64,000 nt of DNA from contig CAZJBS010000010.1 in assembly GCA_964544475.1 (NCBI GenBank), positions 9,961-73,960 on the forward strand. Reading direction: 5' to 3'. The position numbers and the translations under genes were made by a program. Each line of letters starts with the position of its first letter. Within the stretch, counting starts at the first letter, position 1. Positions 31,041 through 40,944 of the stretch are shown here, piece by piece. The notes beneath the pieces were generated by a model, which worked only from the letters and a program-made list of their open reading frames with translations, ran no database searches and was not told where the DNA came from. The DNA comes from an uncultured Bacteroidota bacterium. Lineage in GTDB: Bacteria > CLD3 > SB21.

Positions 31041-31877
31041 CTAGAGGGCCGTGGCATCAATGGTCACGTAGGGTATTTTGAGCCTGAAATGACCGGCCAT
31101 CCGGCAAACCTCGTCGATTTTCCTTTCGGCCATCCTGAATACCGATTCCCTCCGTTCTGCCGGAATTATTTCCTTCCACGACCCCAGAAACCAGTGTTTG
31201 ATCAGATGATGGTTGAACAGCGCCATCGAATTCGCGAAATCGATGTTGAATTCTCTTTGCACCACACCTTCGACATGGAACATGGCCTCGGTCAGATGCG
31301 CACCCATGTGTTCGACAGGCATTCGTTTTCTGGCGATGTGATCGTGAACATCTTTTACCTTGTCACCCAAACCCAACTCCATGAATACGGCCTCAAGAAT
31401 ATCGTACCATGCCCGCATGGTGCCGTTCAGGTTGTAGGTCATGACGAATTGGGCGCCGGGCCTGGCCACACGCCGGCATTCGGCCAGCGACTGGCGTACA
31501 TCGTCGACATTGTTGATCCCGTTATTCGAAACGAGCAGATCGAACAATCCGTCGCCAAAGGGCATCCGTTCCGCGCGGCCTGCGACGACGTCCGCCTGCT
31601 CAATTCCGAAACGACGTATCTTCATGCGGGCCCTCGACAATGCCGGCTGCCATGGATCCAGACCGATCACACGACTGCCGGGGCCAAGACGTTCGGCGAT
31701 TTCCAGCAAAGGAAATCCCATGCCGCAGCCGATATCCAGAACATCGACGTGCGAGCGAAGGCGAACCGTGTTCAGGAGTTCCATTCCAAAAGGGGCCGAC
31801 CAAAGCGACAACTCGTCCGTCACGGAGACGAGTTCATGGTCGTCGGCATCGAAGGTATATTTCAGATAATCCGTCAT
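31041..31877 (-). CDS. Class I SAM-dependent methyltransferase (possibly ArsM-like, given the neighbouring arsS)
   Basis: 278 aa. SAM-binding motif VLDIGCGMGFPLL and motif II/III spacing. It lacks the usual ArsM cysteine triad, so its role in arsenic methylation is uncertain. Confidence 0.65.
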   Translation of the reverse strand: MTDYLKYTFDADDHELVSVTDELSLWSAPFGMELLNTVRLRSHVDVLDIGCGMGFPLLEIAERLGPGSRVIGLDPWQPALSRARMKIRRFGIEQADVVAGRAERMPFGDGLFDLLVSNNGINNVDDVRQSLAECRRVARPGAQFVMTYNLNGTMRAWYDILEAVFMELGLGDKVKDVHDHIARKRMPVEHMGAHLTEAMFHVEGVVQREFNIDFANSMALFNHHLIKHWFLGSWKEIIPAERRESVFRMAERKIDEVCRMAGHFRLKIPYVTIDATAL

Positions 31878-31887
31878 CGCAACGCCG

Positions 31888-32634
31888 TCATTTTCGTCCG
31901 GACTTCGTCCTGGCTTTCTTTACGCTTTTCCCGCCGACAAAAAAGGCACAAACCGAATTCAGGGAGCACTCCCCGCATTTTGGCTGGGAGGGCCTGCAGA
32001 TGTCCCGCCCAAGAAACGAAATGGCCATACCGGCTTCGCCCCATTGTTCTCGTGGCAGCGCCTCCATCAATTGTTTTTCAATCTTGTCAGGCCTCGTTTC
32101 GGTCACCAATCCCAACCTCGGCGCAACCCGGACAACGTGCAAATCGACGATGACGCCTTCGGCCTGCCCTCCCGATTCACGAATAATGACGCTGGCCGAC
32201 TTGCGTCCGATGCCCGGCAATTCGGTGAGCAATGCCATGGTCGTAGGAATGCGATCATCATTCTGTATCAATCCGGCCATGGTCGTCAGCCACTTCGATT
32301 TGTTTCGAAAATTGCGAACGGAACTCAGCAGAGGATACAGGTCCTCCTTATTGGCAGCGGCAAGGGCCGTCATGTCCGGGTATTGCGAGAAAAACGCCGG
32401 AGCAATTTTGTTGATGTGTCGATCGGAATCCTGTGCGGACAGGACCACAGCCACCAGAAGCTGGTACCGCGACAAATAGTCCAGCGGGTGCTTCCGACCC
32501 CTGAATTTTTCGATCAGCCTTCCAATTTCAGCAGACCAATTGACAGGAGCCGGGCGTGCATTTGAGACCCGTGACCTGGATGACGCACGAACCTTCAGGG
32601 CCTTTGTGGCGGGCCTGGCTGTCTTCTTTGGCAT
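31888..32634 (-). CDS. nth: Endonuclease III (DNA glycosylase / AP lyase) with a Lys/Arg-rich N-terminal extension
   Basis: HhH-GPD core (LTELPGIGRKSASVII) and a C-terminal [4Fe-4S] motif CxxxxxxCxxCxxxxxC (CRPSQPKCGECSLNSVC). Confidence 0.75.
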   Translation of the reverse strand: MPKKTARPATKALKVRASSRSRVSNARPAPVNWSAEIGRLIEKFRGRKHPLDYLSRYQLLVAVVLSAQDSDRHINKIAPAFFSQYPDMTALAAANKEDLYPLLSSVRNFRNKSKWLTTMAGLIQNDDRIPTTMALLTELPGIGRKSASVIIRESGGQAEGVIVDLHVVRVAPRLGLVTETRPDKIEKQLMEALPREQWGEAGMAISFLGRDICRPSQPKCGECSLNSVCAFFVGGKSVKKARTKSGRK

Positions 32635-32820
32635 AGTGTTTGACCTATTTTGAGTTGTTGAATGACTGCCGTTTGGATCAAACTGATTTTATTGCGGTTA
32701 AGTCAGGACAACGACACGGTTAATTCAGATTTCTGAAAAACCGATCAGTTTTTTGACAAGTTTTGGATGTTATTAGGGCAAAATTGCTCCCGATTCGATC
32801 AAGTCGGGGACAATTTCGAA

Positions 32821-32856
32821 GCGTTGCAGTTTATTAGGTTTCTGCAGCGCTTTTTT
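32821..32856 (+). terminator. Orphan rho-independent terminator-like hairpin with T10 tract in an otherwise gene-less 230-bp gap
   Basis: gcgttgcag ... ctgcagcgc forms a 9-bp stem (one G-U pair), followed by tttttttttt. No annotated + strand gene lies upstream. Confidence 0.35.
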
Positions 32857-32866
32857 TTTTGCCGGC

Positions 32867-33964
32867 CTAGCTCTTCACTCTCGCCAGGACAAAGAGACTC
32901 AAAACCACGAAGATGCCATTGCCGGCCCATGCGGCATGAACGGGATCCAGGGACTGGTTGTAGCCCATGTACCGGCCCACCTGGATGGAAATCCAATAGC
33001 CAAAACAGACGACGAGGGTCAGGAATATGTTGACCCCGGCGCCGCTCTTCTTTCGGGATGCCGCCAGGGGCGCCCCGAACATGACCATGCAAAAACACGT
33101 CAGGGGATAGGCGAATTTCAAGTGATAGTCCACTTCCCAGCGTTCCGTTCGAGACCCGCTGCGCCGGAGTTTGTTTATGAATTGCCGGAGATCGATGAAG
33201 TCCATTTCATCGGGACTCCTTTCACGTCTGAGTATGTCGTCCGGTGTGAAAAACAAATCGCTCCGTTCCAACAACGTGAAGCGTTCGATCTTTTCGGTAC
33301 CTTGATCAAACGTTCTGACGGCGCCGTTTTTCAGCGCCCACGCCGATTTGGCCGAATCCCACGTCGCTTCCTGGGCGTCCACACGACCGGTCAGAGTCGT
33401 GCCGAAGTACTGTTGAATCGAGATGTTCTTCGCCACCATCAGTTTGTGATCAAAACGGTCGATCACCACTTTGGCGCCCGCAGGATCATACATCGCTATG
33501 TTCGTCCCGCTCGTGCGACGCTGGGCCGAAGAGCGTTCCACGTGCTGCTTCCACAATTCGGATTTTCTCTGGTTGGCCGAAGGCACGATGGATTCACTGA
33601 TCCAGAAATCCGCCGCGCTGATGACGCCGCCCAGCAGAAGCAGCGGCCACACGACGCGAAAAATGCTGATGCCGCTGGCCTTGACGGCGGTCAGTTCATT
33701 GAAACGCGCCATGCTGCCGACCGAAAACAGGCTGGCCAGCATGACGTCGACCGGCAGGGTCAATGTGACGATGTGCGGTATGAAATTCAGGTAATATTCA
33801 ATGACCACCTGCGTGGGAACTTTACGATCGATGAACCGATCGGCGTTTTCCACGTAATTGACCGCCACAAAAATCGACACCATGGCCACAACGGAAAAAA
33901 CAAGGACAGCCAGAAATTTGCGGATCAGATAGCCGTCAAGGATGGACAGAAGTCGCATGTTCAC
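32867..33964 (-). CDS. lptG: LPS export ABC permease, LptF/LptG family (YjgP/YjgQ)
   Basis: 365 aa. N-terminus LSILDGYLIRKFLAVLVFSVVAMVSIFV, six TM helices, and a periplasmic beta-jellyroll insert. Confidence 0.75.
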   Translation of the reverse strand: MNMRLLSILDGYLIRKFLAVLVFSVVAMVSIFVAVNYVENADRFIDRKVPTQVVIEYYLNFIPHIVTLTLPVDVMLASLFSVGSMARFNELTAVKASGISIFRVVWPLLLLGGVISAADFWISESIVPSANQRKSELWKQHVERSSAQRRTSGTNIAMYDPAGAKVVIDRFDHKLMVAKNISIQQYFGTTLTGRVDAQEATWDSAKSAWALKNGAVRTFDQGTEKIERFTLLERSDLFFTPDDILRRERSPDEMDFIDLRQFINKLRRSGSRTERWEVDYHLKFAYPLTCFCMVMFGAPLAASRKKSGAGVNIFLTLVVCFGYWISIQVGRYMGYNQSLDPVHAAWAGNGIFVVLSLFVLARVKS

Positions 33965-36072
33965 CTGACAATTAGAAAGTCAATCTCTCCTTTTTCCCGG
34001 CTCACGGCCACCACACGTATCGTCACCTGATCGCCCAACTGGTAGACCTTGCGGTGACGTTTTCCAACCAGACGATAATTCTTTTCGTCATACGTGTAAT
34101 AGTCGTCATCGAGGTCGCGGATATGGACGAGACCCTCTATCAGGTAGTCGGGAATTTCAACGAAAATGCCGAAACCCATCACTCCGGATACGATGCCCGG
34201 ATACTCCATGCCGACCTTGTCCAGCATGAATTCCACCTGTTTGACTTTGATGGAGTCTCTTTCCGCCTCTGTTGCTGTTTTTTCCCGACCGGAGCAATGG
34301 CGGGCCATTTCGTCCAGTTTCGTACTCCACGCCTCCAGGCGCTGGACGGTCATGCCCTGCGCGTACTCCTTGAGGAGACGGTGCACAATCAGATCAGGAT
34401 ACCGGCGGATCGGGGAGGTGAAGTGCGCATAATGCGCGAATGCCAGGCCGAAATGACCAATATTATTTGGAGAGTATTCCGCTTTGGCCATGGTTCGGAT
34501 GGCCACCTTTTCGATAAGGCCCTGCTCCTTTTTGCCTTTGACTTTGGAAATCACCTGCTGAAATTGGGCCGGTGTCACGTGACCCGCCCGTCCGTGAGCC
34601 GCCAATGAGTAACCGAACACTTTGAGCAGGCGCAGGAAGTTCTCAAGTTTTTCCGATGGCGGCTTGTCATGAATCCGGTACATGAAGGGCCACTTTTTAG
34701 AAGCGTGTTTGTTTTGTCCCTCATCGGAGGCGTCCGCGATGTGCCGTGCCGTCACCTGGTTGGCCATCAACATGAATTCTTCAACGAGCCGGTGACTGTC
34801 GAGGCGGTCTTTGCGGTAACATTCGACCGGTACTCCGTCGTCGTTGAGCCGGAATTTCGTTTCCGGAGTATCGAAATCGATGCTGCCTTCGCGAAGCCGT
34901 TTTGCCGTCAGCGTTCTGGACAGACGGTGCATTTCAAAAAGGGTCTGCGCCACGTCGGAGCCGTCGTGAAGATGGGCTTCTTCACCCAGAATGACCTGAA
35001 CTTCTTCGTACGTGAAACGCCGCTTGCTGTGGATCACCGACTCGACGATATCGTAGTCAAGAAGCCGGCCGTTTTTGTCCAACTTCATGAGCACACTGAA
35101 CGTAAGACTGTCTTCATGCGGCCGGAGGCTGCACACCTCATTGGATAATTTTTCGGGCAGCATCGGAATCACGCGGTCGACCAGGTACGTGCTTGTGCCG
35201 CGTTTGTAGGCTTCTTTATCCAGCCACGTCCCTTCCCGGACATAATAACTCACGTCGGCAATATGAACGCCCAGGATCCAATGGCCCTCCGGCGTCGTCT
35301 CCAACGACACGGCGTCATCAAAATCCCTGGCGTCAAACGGATCGATGGTAAAAACCAGATGGTTTCTAAGATCAAGACGCTTGGCCATTTCCGATGCGGG
35401 TATCGTATCTGAAATGGCCCGGCATTCTTCTTCCACTTTTCTTGGAAACTCGAAGTGGAGATCGTGGCCCTTGACGACTGACAGCACATCCACGCCCTTT
35501 TCACCCGGAAATCCGATCACTTCGATGATTGAGCCTTGGGGATTCAGGTGTTCGTCCTCCCATTTATCCAGCTGGACAACGACCTTCTGGCCGTGTTTGG
35601 CGCCGCCCGTACTGTCCTTGGCTACGTAGATGTCTCTGGGGATTTTGCGGTTGTCAGGCACCACAAACGCAAATTCCGTATTGCTCTCAAATGTCCCAAC
35701 GATCCGGGTGTTGTGGCGCTCCACCACCGCCACAACTTCGGCTTCATGACGCCGCGCCCGGCCCGTACGCCGGAAGGCAATGATCAGCACTTTGTCCCCG
35801 TTCATGGCCGTCTTCAAGCGGGACGGAGCGATAAAAAAGTCCGAGTCGTATCCTTCCACCGTGACAAAACCCTCGCCGGCTTTGTTCACCGAAAGCGTGC
35901 CCATCAGCTCCGCCGATTTCAATCCGTATCGTTTTTTCTGTTTTTCAAGAATACCCCGCAGGCACATGTCGGCCACGACTTCCTGCACCTTTTCCTTTTG
36001 CGACTTCGACAATTCCAATTCGTCGATTAGCTCACGAACTTTGAATGTGGCTCCCGGGTGGGTCCGGTACAC
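33961..36072 (-). CDS. rnr: Ribonuclease R
   Basis: 703 aa. Cold-shock/OB folds, the RNB catalytic domain (FTIDPFDARDFDDAVS) and a C-terminal S1 domain. It overlaps lptG by 4 bp. Confidence 0.85.
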   Translation of the reverse strand: MYRTHPGATFKVRELIDELELSKSQKEKVQEVVADMCLRGILEKQKKRYGLKSAELMGTLSVNKAGEGFVTVEGYDSDFFIAPSRLKTAMNGDKVLIIAFRRTGRARRHEAEVVAVVERHNTRIVGTFESNTEFAFVVPDNRKIPRDIYVAKDSTGGAKHGQKVVVQLDKWEDEHLNPQGSIIEVIGFPGEKGVDVLSVVKGHDLHFEFPRKVEEECRAISDTIPASEMAKRLDLRNHLVFTIDPFDARDFDDAVSLETTPEGHWILGVHIADVSYYVREGTWLDKEAYKRGTSTYLVDRVIPMLPEKLSNEVCSLRPHEDSLTFSVLMKLDKNGRLLDYDIVESVIHSKRRFTYEEVQVILGEEAHLHDGSDVAQTLFEMHRLSRTLTAKRLREGSIDFDTPETKFRLNDDGVPVECYRKDRLDSHRLVEEFMLMANQVTARHIADASDEGQNKHASKKWPFMYRIHDKPPSEKLENFLRLLKVFGYSLAAHGRAGHVTPAQFQQVISKVKGKKEQGLIEKVAIRTMAKAEYSPNNIGHFGLAFAHYAHFTSPIRRYPDLIVHRLLKEYAQGMTVQRLEAWSTKLDEMARHCSGREKTATEAERDSIKVKQVEFMLDKVGMEYPGIVSGVMGFGIFVEIPDYLIEGLVHIRDLDDDYYTYDEKNYRLVGKRHRKVYQLGDQVTIRVVAVSREKGEIDFLIVR

Positions 36073-36105
36073 GTCGAGAATGTGTTGTTCAATAGATTTG
36101 ATAAA

Positions 36106-37647
36106 CTACTCCTGTGTGTTTCTTCCGATGGCCGTGGACAGCGTTTGCCGCTCTTCACTCGTCAAAACAAATTTCCAGCCGATCCAAAGGTAGTGAATTA
36201 TGAATAAAGCAAAAAGTACTATCTCAAAGACGGCATGAGTCCATCCGGCCAGCGCGAGCCCTTCCTTGAAGAGACCGAAAACCGCCATGCTGATCAGCCC
36301 AAAGCCGACGACCCAAAGGTAATTCCATGTCAGTGGACGAACCCTGAGTATGCGGTACAGAAGAACCATCTGCAGCAGGGCCGTCGTTGAACTGGCTGCC
36401 ACGCTCGCCGCCGCCGCCCCCCAAAGACCGTGGGACGGTATCAGCAAAAAATCCAATGTCAGATTGATCACCACGAAGAGAATGTTGTTGATCAGATTGA
36501 GATAGGGATAACCCGACATGATCAGGGCGGGTTCGACCGTGGAACTGACCGTATGCAACATGATTCCAAAACACGTGATGATCAGTGCCGTGAATCCGAC
36601 CGTGTAGGTGCTTCCGTAGACGCCCATCAGAAGATCACCGAACAACACGATCATGACAAAGAAACCAAAAGCAAGAAACAGGCTGATCCGCATCACCACC
36701 GCGTAGACATGATTGAGGGAATCGTAGTTGCGTCGGCGGCGCATTTCCACGACGATCGGCATCAGGATGGGATCCACGGCCTGGGGAATGTTGCGCATGA
36801 CGTTGGATATGTTGAGGACAACCTGGAAGACCGCCACGTGCGATGTGCCCACGAGGATGCTCAAGGCGATAATGTCCACCTTCAGAATAACAATGGAAAG
36901 AAAATCGGCCAGCATGACGGGGAAACCGAAAGTCAGGATTTTCTTCCATGTGGCGGCGTTCGGCCACACGCCGAGGAGTCGTCGCCATTGAAAATGACGC
37001 GTAAAAAACAGAAAGGCCCACGCCGAACCCATCGTGAAAGAGGTGGCTTTGGCATAAAAGGGAGCGGCGAACGATCCGAACAAAAGGAAAACACTCACAA
37101 GCAATAGCAGGTCTGAGAAGGGTTCAATCGCATTGCGCACCACCACCCACAAGGCCATGATTTTGATGCCTCGAGTGGCGGTCAGAAAGATCGTGGTCAT
37201 ACAATAAAAAGGCGCCGACCAGGACATGATTTTGAGGTATTCGGCCACCGGTGGTTTGTCGATGAAGGCGGCCAGCGTGTCGGCCCACAGATGAATGGCC
37301 AACACCAGCCAGAAACTCAGAAAAAGACTGACGACCAGGCAGCCGACGATGGCGCGGTAATACTCCGACTCATCATTGTCCCGGTGACGGGCGACGTAAT
37401 CGATGACCAGGCGATGCGCGCCAAAATAGCAGACGATCAAGGCCAGGTGCATGAACAACCACGTGGTGCTGAAGTAACCGTAGGTCGCCTGACCCAGAAC
37501 CCTGGAAGCGATAACGTCAAAAGCAAAATGAGAAAGTTTGCCCGCGTTGCCGATCAGGTTGATGAAAGCCCCTTTGGCCACCTGACCGGTTTCATGCGCG
37601 GTGGGCGCTTGTTCGCTGGACGTCACCGGCTCCTCGTCAACCAACAA
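36106..37647 (-). CDS. Polysaccharide-biosynthesis flippase-family membrane protein (Wzx/MurJ-like MOP superfamily)
   Basis: 513 aa, about 14 TM helices. N-terminus GAFINLIGNAGKLSHFAFDVIASRVLGQATYGYF is typical of oligosaccharide flippases. Confidence 0.6.
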   Translation of the reverse strand: MLVDEEPVTSSEQAPTAHETGQVAKGAFINLIGNAGKLSHFAFDVIASRVLGQATYGYFSTTWLFMHLALIVCYFGAHRLVIDYVARHRDNDESEYYRAIVGCLVVSLFLSFWLVLAIHLWADTLAAFIDKPPVAEYLKIMSWSAPFYCMTTIFLTATRGIKIMALWVVVRNAIEPFSDLLLLVSVFLLFGSFAAPFYAKATSFTMGSAWAFLFFTRHFQWRRLLGVWPNAATWKKILTFGFPVMLADFLSIVILKVDIIALSILVGTSHVAVFQVVLNISNVMRNIPQAVDPILMPIVVEMRRRRNYDSLNHVYAVVMRISLFLAFGFFVMIVLFGDLLMGVYGSTYTVGFTALIITCFGIMLHTVSSTVEPALIMSGYPYLNLINNILFVVINLTLDFLLIPSHGLWGAAAASVAASSTTALLQMVLLYRILRVRPLTWNYLWVVGFGLISMAVFGLFKEGLALAGWTHAVFEIVLFALFIIHYLWIGWKFVLTSEERQTLSTAIGRNTQE

Positions 37648-37705
37648 AAAGCTGACCCGGAAGTCCGTTTGGCTTCCGACTCAGCCAGTCCGGGATAGAA
37701 CATGA

Positions 37706-40700
37706 TTATTTTGTGACCGCGATCTTGATGGTTCGTGTGACTTTCCTCCCTGAAGCGCCCCTGGCCTCGACTTTGGCGAAGTACACCCCGCTCTGGATGC
37801 CGCCGAGATTCCAGGACACCTCGTTTTCCGTCAGTGCCACACCCGTGCCCGTCAGGGTCGTCACAAGGTCACCCGCCATGTCGAAGATGCGAATCTTCAC
37901 GGTGGCCGTTTCGGCGAGATAATACCGGATGGTCGTGGCATGTCCCCGAGCCGGATTCGGATAATTATAAACCTGCCGTTTCGGCATCAGGGATTCGCCG
38001 GGATTTGGAATGACATGGCTTTCGAAGGTCTGGGACGTGCGGGCCGCGTCGTGTTGCCATTGGCCCCAACGAATGGAAGCGGTCTGACCCGCGTTTGGCG
38101 CCGACCAGGCGTACAGAAAACCATCCTCGGACGCGGCGACAATATCCAGTGTGCCATCGCCTTCCCAGTCTATAATGACGGGCGTCGACGTGACAGTGCT
38201 TCCGGTTGCCAGCGGAAATCCGGCCAGGGCACGGCCATGCCGATCAAAGGCATACACTTTGCCGTCGGTTGCCGCGGCAATGACATCGCTTTCGCCATCG
38301 CCGCTTACATCGGCAATTAACACCGATCCTTCGAGCCGGCCGGCCGGTGTCGTGCGATCCAGAACGATCGGGAAATTCGATGACAACGTGCCATTATGAT
38401 TGTACGCGTACACGGCATTGTCCGATCCGAAGATCACTTCCAGGAATCCGTCCTGGTCGATGTCCGACACGCTGGGTGAACTCGATATGATATCCGGGGT
38501 ATCAAAAGGCCATCCCGGAAGACCTCCGAAAAACGAAACCGCCCGGTCCGTCTCCAGGGCAACGAGATTCATTTCGTCGGCGTGCGCCAGATCGCCGGAT
38601 GCCAGGGCCGGTCCGCTGAAATTTCCTCCGGCCAGCACGGTGAACAGACCAGTGGACAACTCAAGAAATCCAATTTCGTCTTCCGTTTGCACGACCAATG
38701 TATCGGAACCGATCACGGACAGACCGACGATGGGAGCGGAACGATGGGCTGAATGCCGGAGCGCGCCCGCGGCATCCAGGACCAGAATATCGCCATTGGC
38801 ATAACCAACGGCCACGCGCAGTCCAGGGATCATCACCGGTGACGAGGAGACTGCGGCGGGACCCCGGTGGGTCCACAACGTGTCGGCAACCTCGTCGTGG
38901 TCTGCGTCGAAACCCCGCCACACATAAAGCCGGCCGGATTTGTCGCCCACGATCACTTCGCACAATCCGTCCTCATCGAGATCACCCAGCGCGGGCGATG
39001 TCAAAACCGAGTCACCGGCTCTGGCAAAAAAAGCCACGGACCACGACGTGGAGTCCCCGCCCAAACCGTATGACGTCCGCCGGGTCGAGCCCGGCACGAC
39101 ACTCTGTCCGCTCCACTGCCACGCGAGAACCTCACCACCCTGTCCGACGCCGACGACTTCCGATTCGGAGCCACCCGAGATATTGCCGGCGGCCAGAGCA
39201 TTGTGGCCGAATCCATTTCCTGAAAAGACCGGAAATCCACGCTTCAATGCGGACGATTTCAAATCAAAACTCATGACCGGTTGTTTTTCGCTGACATTGG
39301 TCAATGATATTCCGGAGTAACTGCGATCATTGGCCAACGAATTCGGTACGGAGGTGGGCGTCAGGAAAGTGGAATCCGCCTGACGATTGTAGAAGGCGAA
39401 CGCTTCGTTGCCTTTGTAATAGTAGTCAAATCGATTGCCGGCATCCACGGATGAGAATGGACCTGCGCTGAAGTAGTAGCCGATGTCCTGGCTTCCGGAT
39501 GCTTCCATCAACCTTACTCCGCGATGCCGGATGTCGTTGTTGATCGTGTTTGTCGTCAGCCGGCTTCGTATGACGTTCTCGTCGATGTGCCAGATCAGAA
39601 GTCCGTTTCCGGGCAGCGCGCCGTCGTATTCGTCAATCTTCGTGATGACGCCGGTGACCGGCGATCGTTCGACGCCTACCGCATACACCGTATCGTACGT
39701 CTGTGAACCATCCTGGTTGTTGATCGTGTCAATCCTGGATAACTCGGCGGGTGACAGTGCATTGGAGATCAGATCGCGTTGTTTGTTCTCGATCAGAAAA
39801 TACTCCGACGCATTGATCGGTATCTTCAGGATACGGCTTCGTCCAACCATCTGCTTTGGCGGGCATAACACGCCGACGCTGTCCATGACGACCAAAGGTG
39901 TCGTCCATCCCATATAGATTTTTGTCCACGGATCGGGCTCAGCCGGAATAAGACCGTCTCCGTTGACCGCGCCCTGATCTTCAAGTCCAAACACGCCGAT
40001 GCCAGGCTGGCCGGTTTCCGTATTGAACAGATCCGGCATGCCAATGGCGCTGCCAAAATTGGCGCACAGTATGCCGGTCAATCCGATCTCGGTGAATACA
40101 TCCAGGCCAAAAACCGGATCGATCAGAGTCTGGCTCTCCGTTTCCGGCACGACCACGCCGCCATGGATGATTCCGCCGGTCACGGGGATGCCGTTGAATC
40201 CCGGATAACGCTCTCGCATCAGATCGGGCGACACGAAACGGGACGCAAGGTCATTGGGCGTGTCATCTTCCGTGGAGAAATCCTGACCGACACCGGCGTG
40301 AAATATGATCACGTGGTCATAGCCGGAAAAATCGATGACGCCGACCGCGTCGGCTTTTCGTATGGCATCGTTGAAAAATTCGGCCAACCGCACGTCGCGC
40401 TGTTCCTGAGTTCCTAAAATACCATAATAGGCCATGAATGTATCGAGTGTAACCGCGTCATCAAGACCGTCCGGTTTGACGGTGTAATCGACCACGACAT
40501 GGCTGTCGGACACGTCCAGAAAATAATTTCTCAGAGCCAGCAGATGATCCTCGAAGTAGTTTTTGTTGTGGGGCGGAGGATCGAGCGATTGGCCGGCGCT
40601 GCTCCCAAGATCGAAATGCCCGTTTCCGGTGGTTGACGGGTTATCGGGATTTTCCTGCTTGAATTGCACCCTCAGAGCCAGCACGCGTACGGTTCGGGGC

Positions 40701-40837
40701 GTCGATGCGTGCGAGACGACTGGGTCGATTCCGGTGTGAGTGACCAGTCGGCGCGCCGGCTTGAATTTTGGCAAGGCCTGAGCCATGGCCATCTGAATCG
40801 TGGTCGAATACAGTAGAATGAGTAGTAGAAGCCTCAT
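37706..40837 (-). CDS. Large secreted FG-GAP/VCBS-repeat protein with T9SS C-terminal sorting domain (T9SS cargo)
   Basis: Start placed at MRLLLLILLYSTTIQMAMAQA (signal peptide). Multiple GDxDxDG-type repeats. C-terminal T9SS tail YNYPNPARGHATTIRYYL ... GVYFAKVEARGASGRKVTRTIKIAVTK. It is immediately upstream of porV-porU. Confidence 0.65.
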   Translation of the reverse strand: MRLLLLILLYSTTIQMAMAQALPKFKPARRLVTHTGIDPVVSHASTPRTVRVLALRVQFKQENPDNPSTTGNGHFDLGSSAGQSLDPPPHNKNYFEDHLLALRNYFLDVSDSHVVVDYTVKPDGLDDAVTLDTFMAYYGILGTQEQRDVRLAEFFNDAIRKADAVGVIDFSGYDHVIIFHAGVGQDFSTEDDTPNDLASRFVSPDLMRERYPGFNGIPVTGGIIHGGVVVPETESQTLIDPVFGLDVFTEIGLTGILCANFGSAIGMPDLFNTETGQPGIGVFGLEDQGAVNGDGLIPAEPDPWTKIYMGWTTPLVVMDSVGVLCPPKQMVGRSRILKIPINASEYFLIENKQRDLISNALSPAELSRIDTINNQDGSQTYDTVYAVGVERSPVTGVITKIDEYDGALPGNGLLIWHIDENVIRSRLTTNTINNDIRHRGVRLMEASGSQDIGYYFSAGPFSSVDAGNRFDYYYKGNEAFAFYNRQADSTFLTPTSVPNSLANDRSYSGISLTNVSEKQPVMSFDLKSSALKRGFPVFSGNGFGHNALAAGNISGGSESEVVGVGQGGEVLAWQWSGQSVVPGSTRRTSYGLGGDSTSWSVAFFARAGDSVLTSPALGDLDEDGLCEVIVGDKSGRLYVWRGFDADHDEVADTLWTHRGPAAVSSSPVMIPGLRVAVGYANGDILVLDAAGALRHSAHRSAPIVGLSVIGSDTLVVQTEDEIGFLELSTGLFTVLAGGNFSGPALASGDLAHADEMNLVALETDRAVSFFGGLPGWPFDTPDIISSSPSVSDIDQDGFLEVIFGSDNAVYAYNHNGTLSSNFPIVLDRTTPAGRLEGSVLIADVSGDGESDVIAAATDGKVYAFDRHGRALAGFPLATGSTVTSTPVIIDWEGDGTLDIVAASEDGFLYAWSAPNAGQTASIRWGQWQHDAARTSQTFESHVIPNPGESLMPKRQVYNYPNPARGHATTIRYYLAETATVKIRIFDMAGDLVTTLTGTGVALTENEVSWNLGGIQSGVYFAKVEARGASGRKVTRTIKIAVTK

Positions 40838-40944
40838 GACGGTACACTCTGCATGGTTTGAAAAAGAAAGCCGAATCGGACAGCGATTCGGCGATATCGG
40901 ATGATTCCGGATTGTAGAAAACAAATAATCGAACGCATCAAGAA

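Noticed and set aside
31089-32153. 354-aa + strand ORF spanning the methyltransferase and nth genes
   Set aside because: It is antisense to two well-supported genes and is Arg/Pro-rich.
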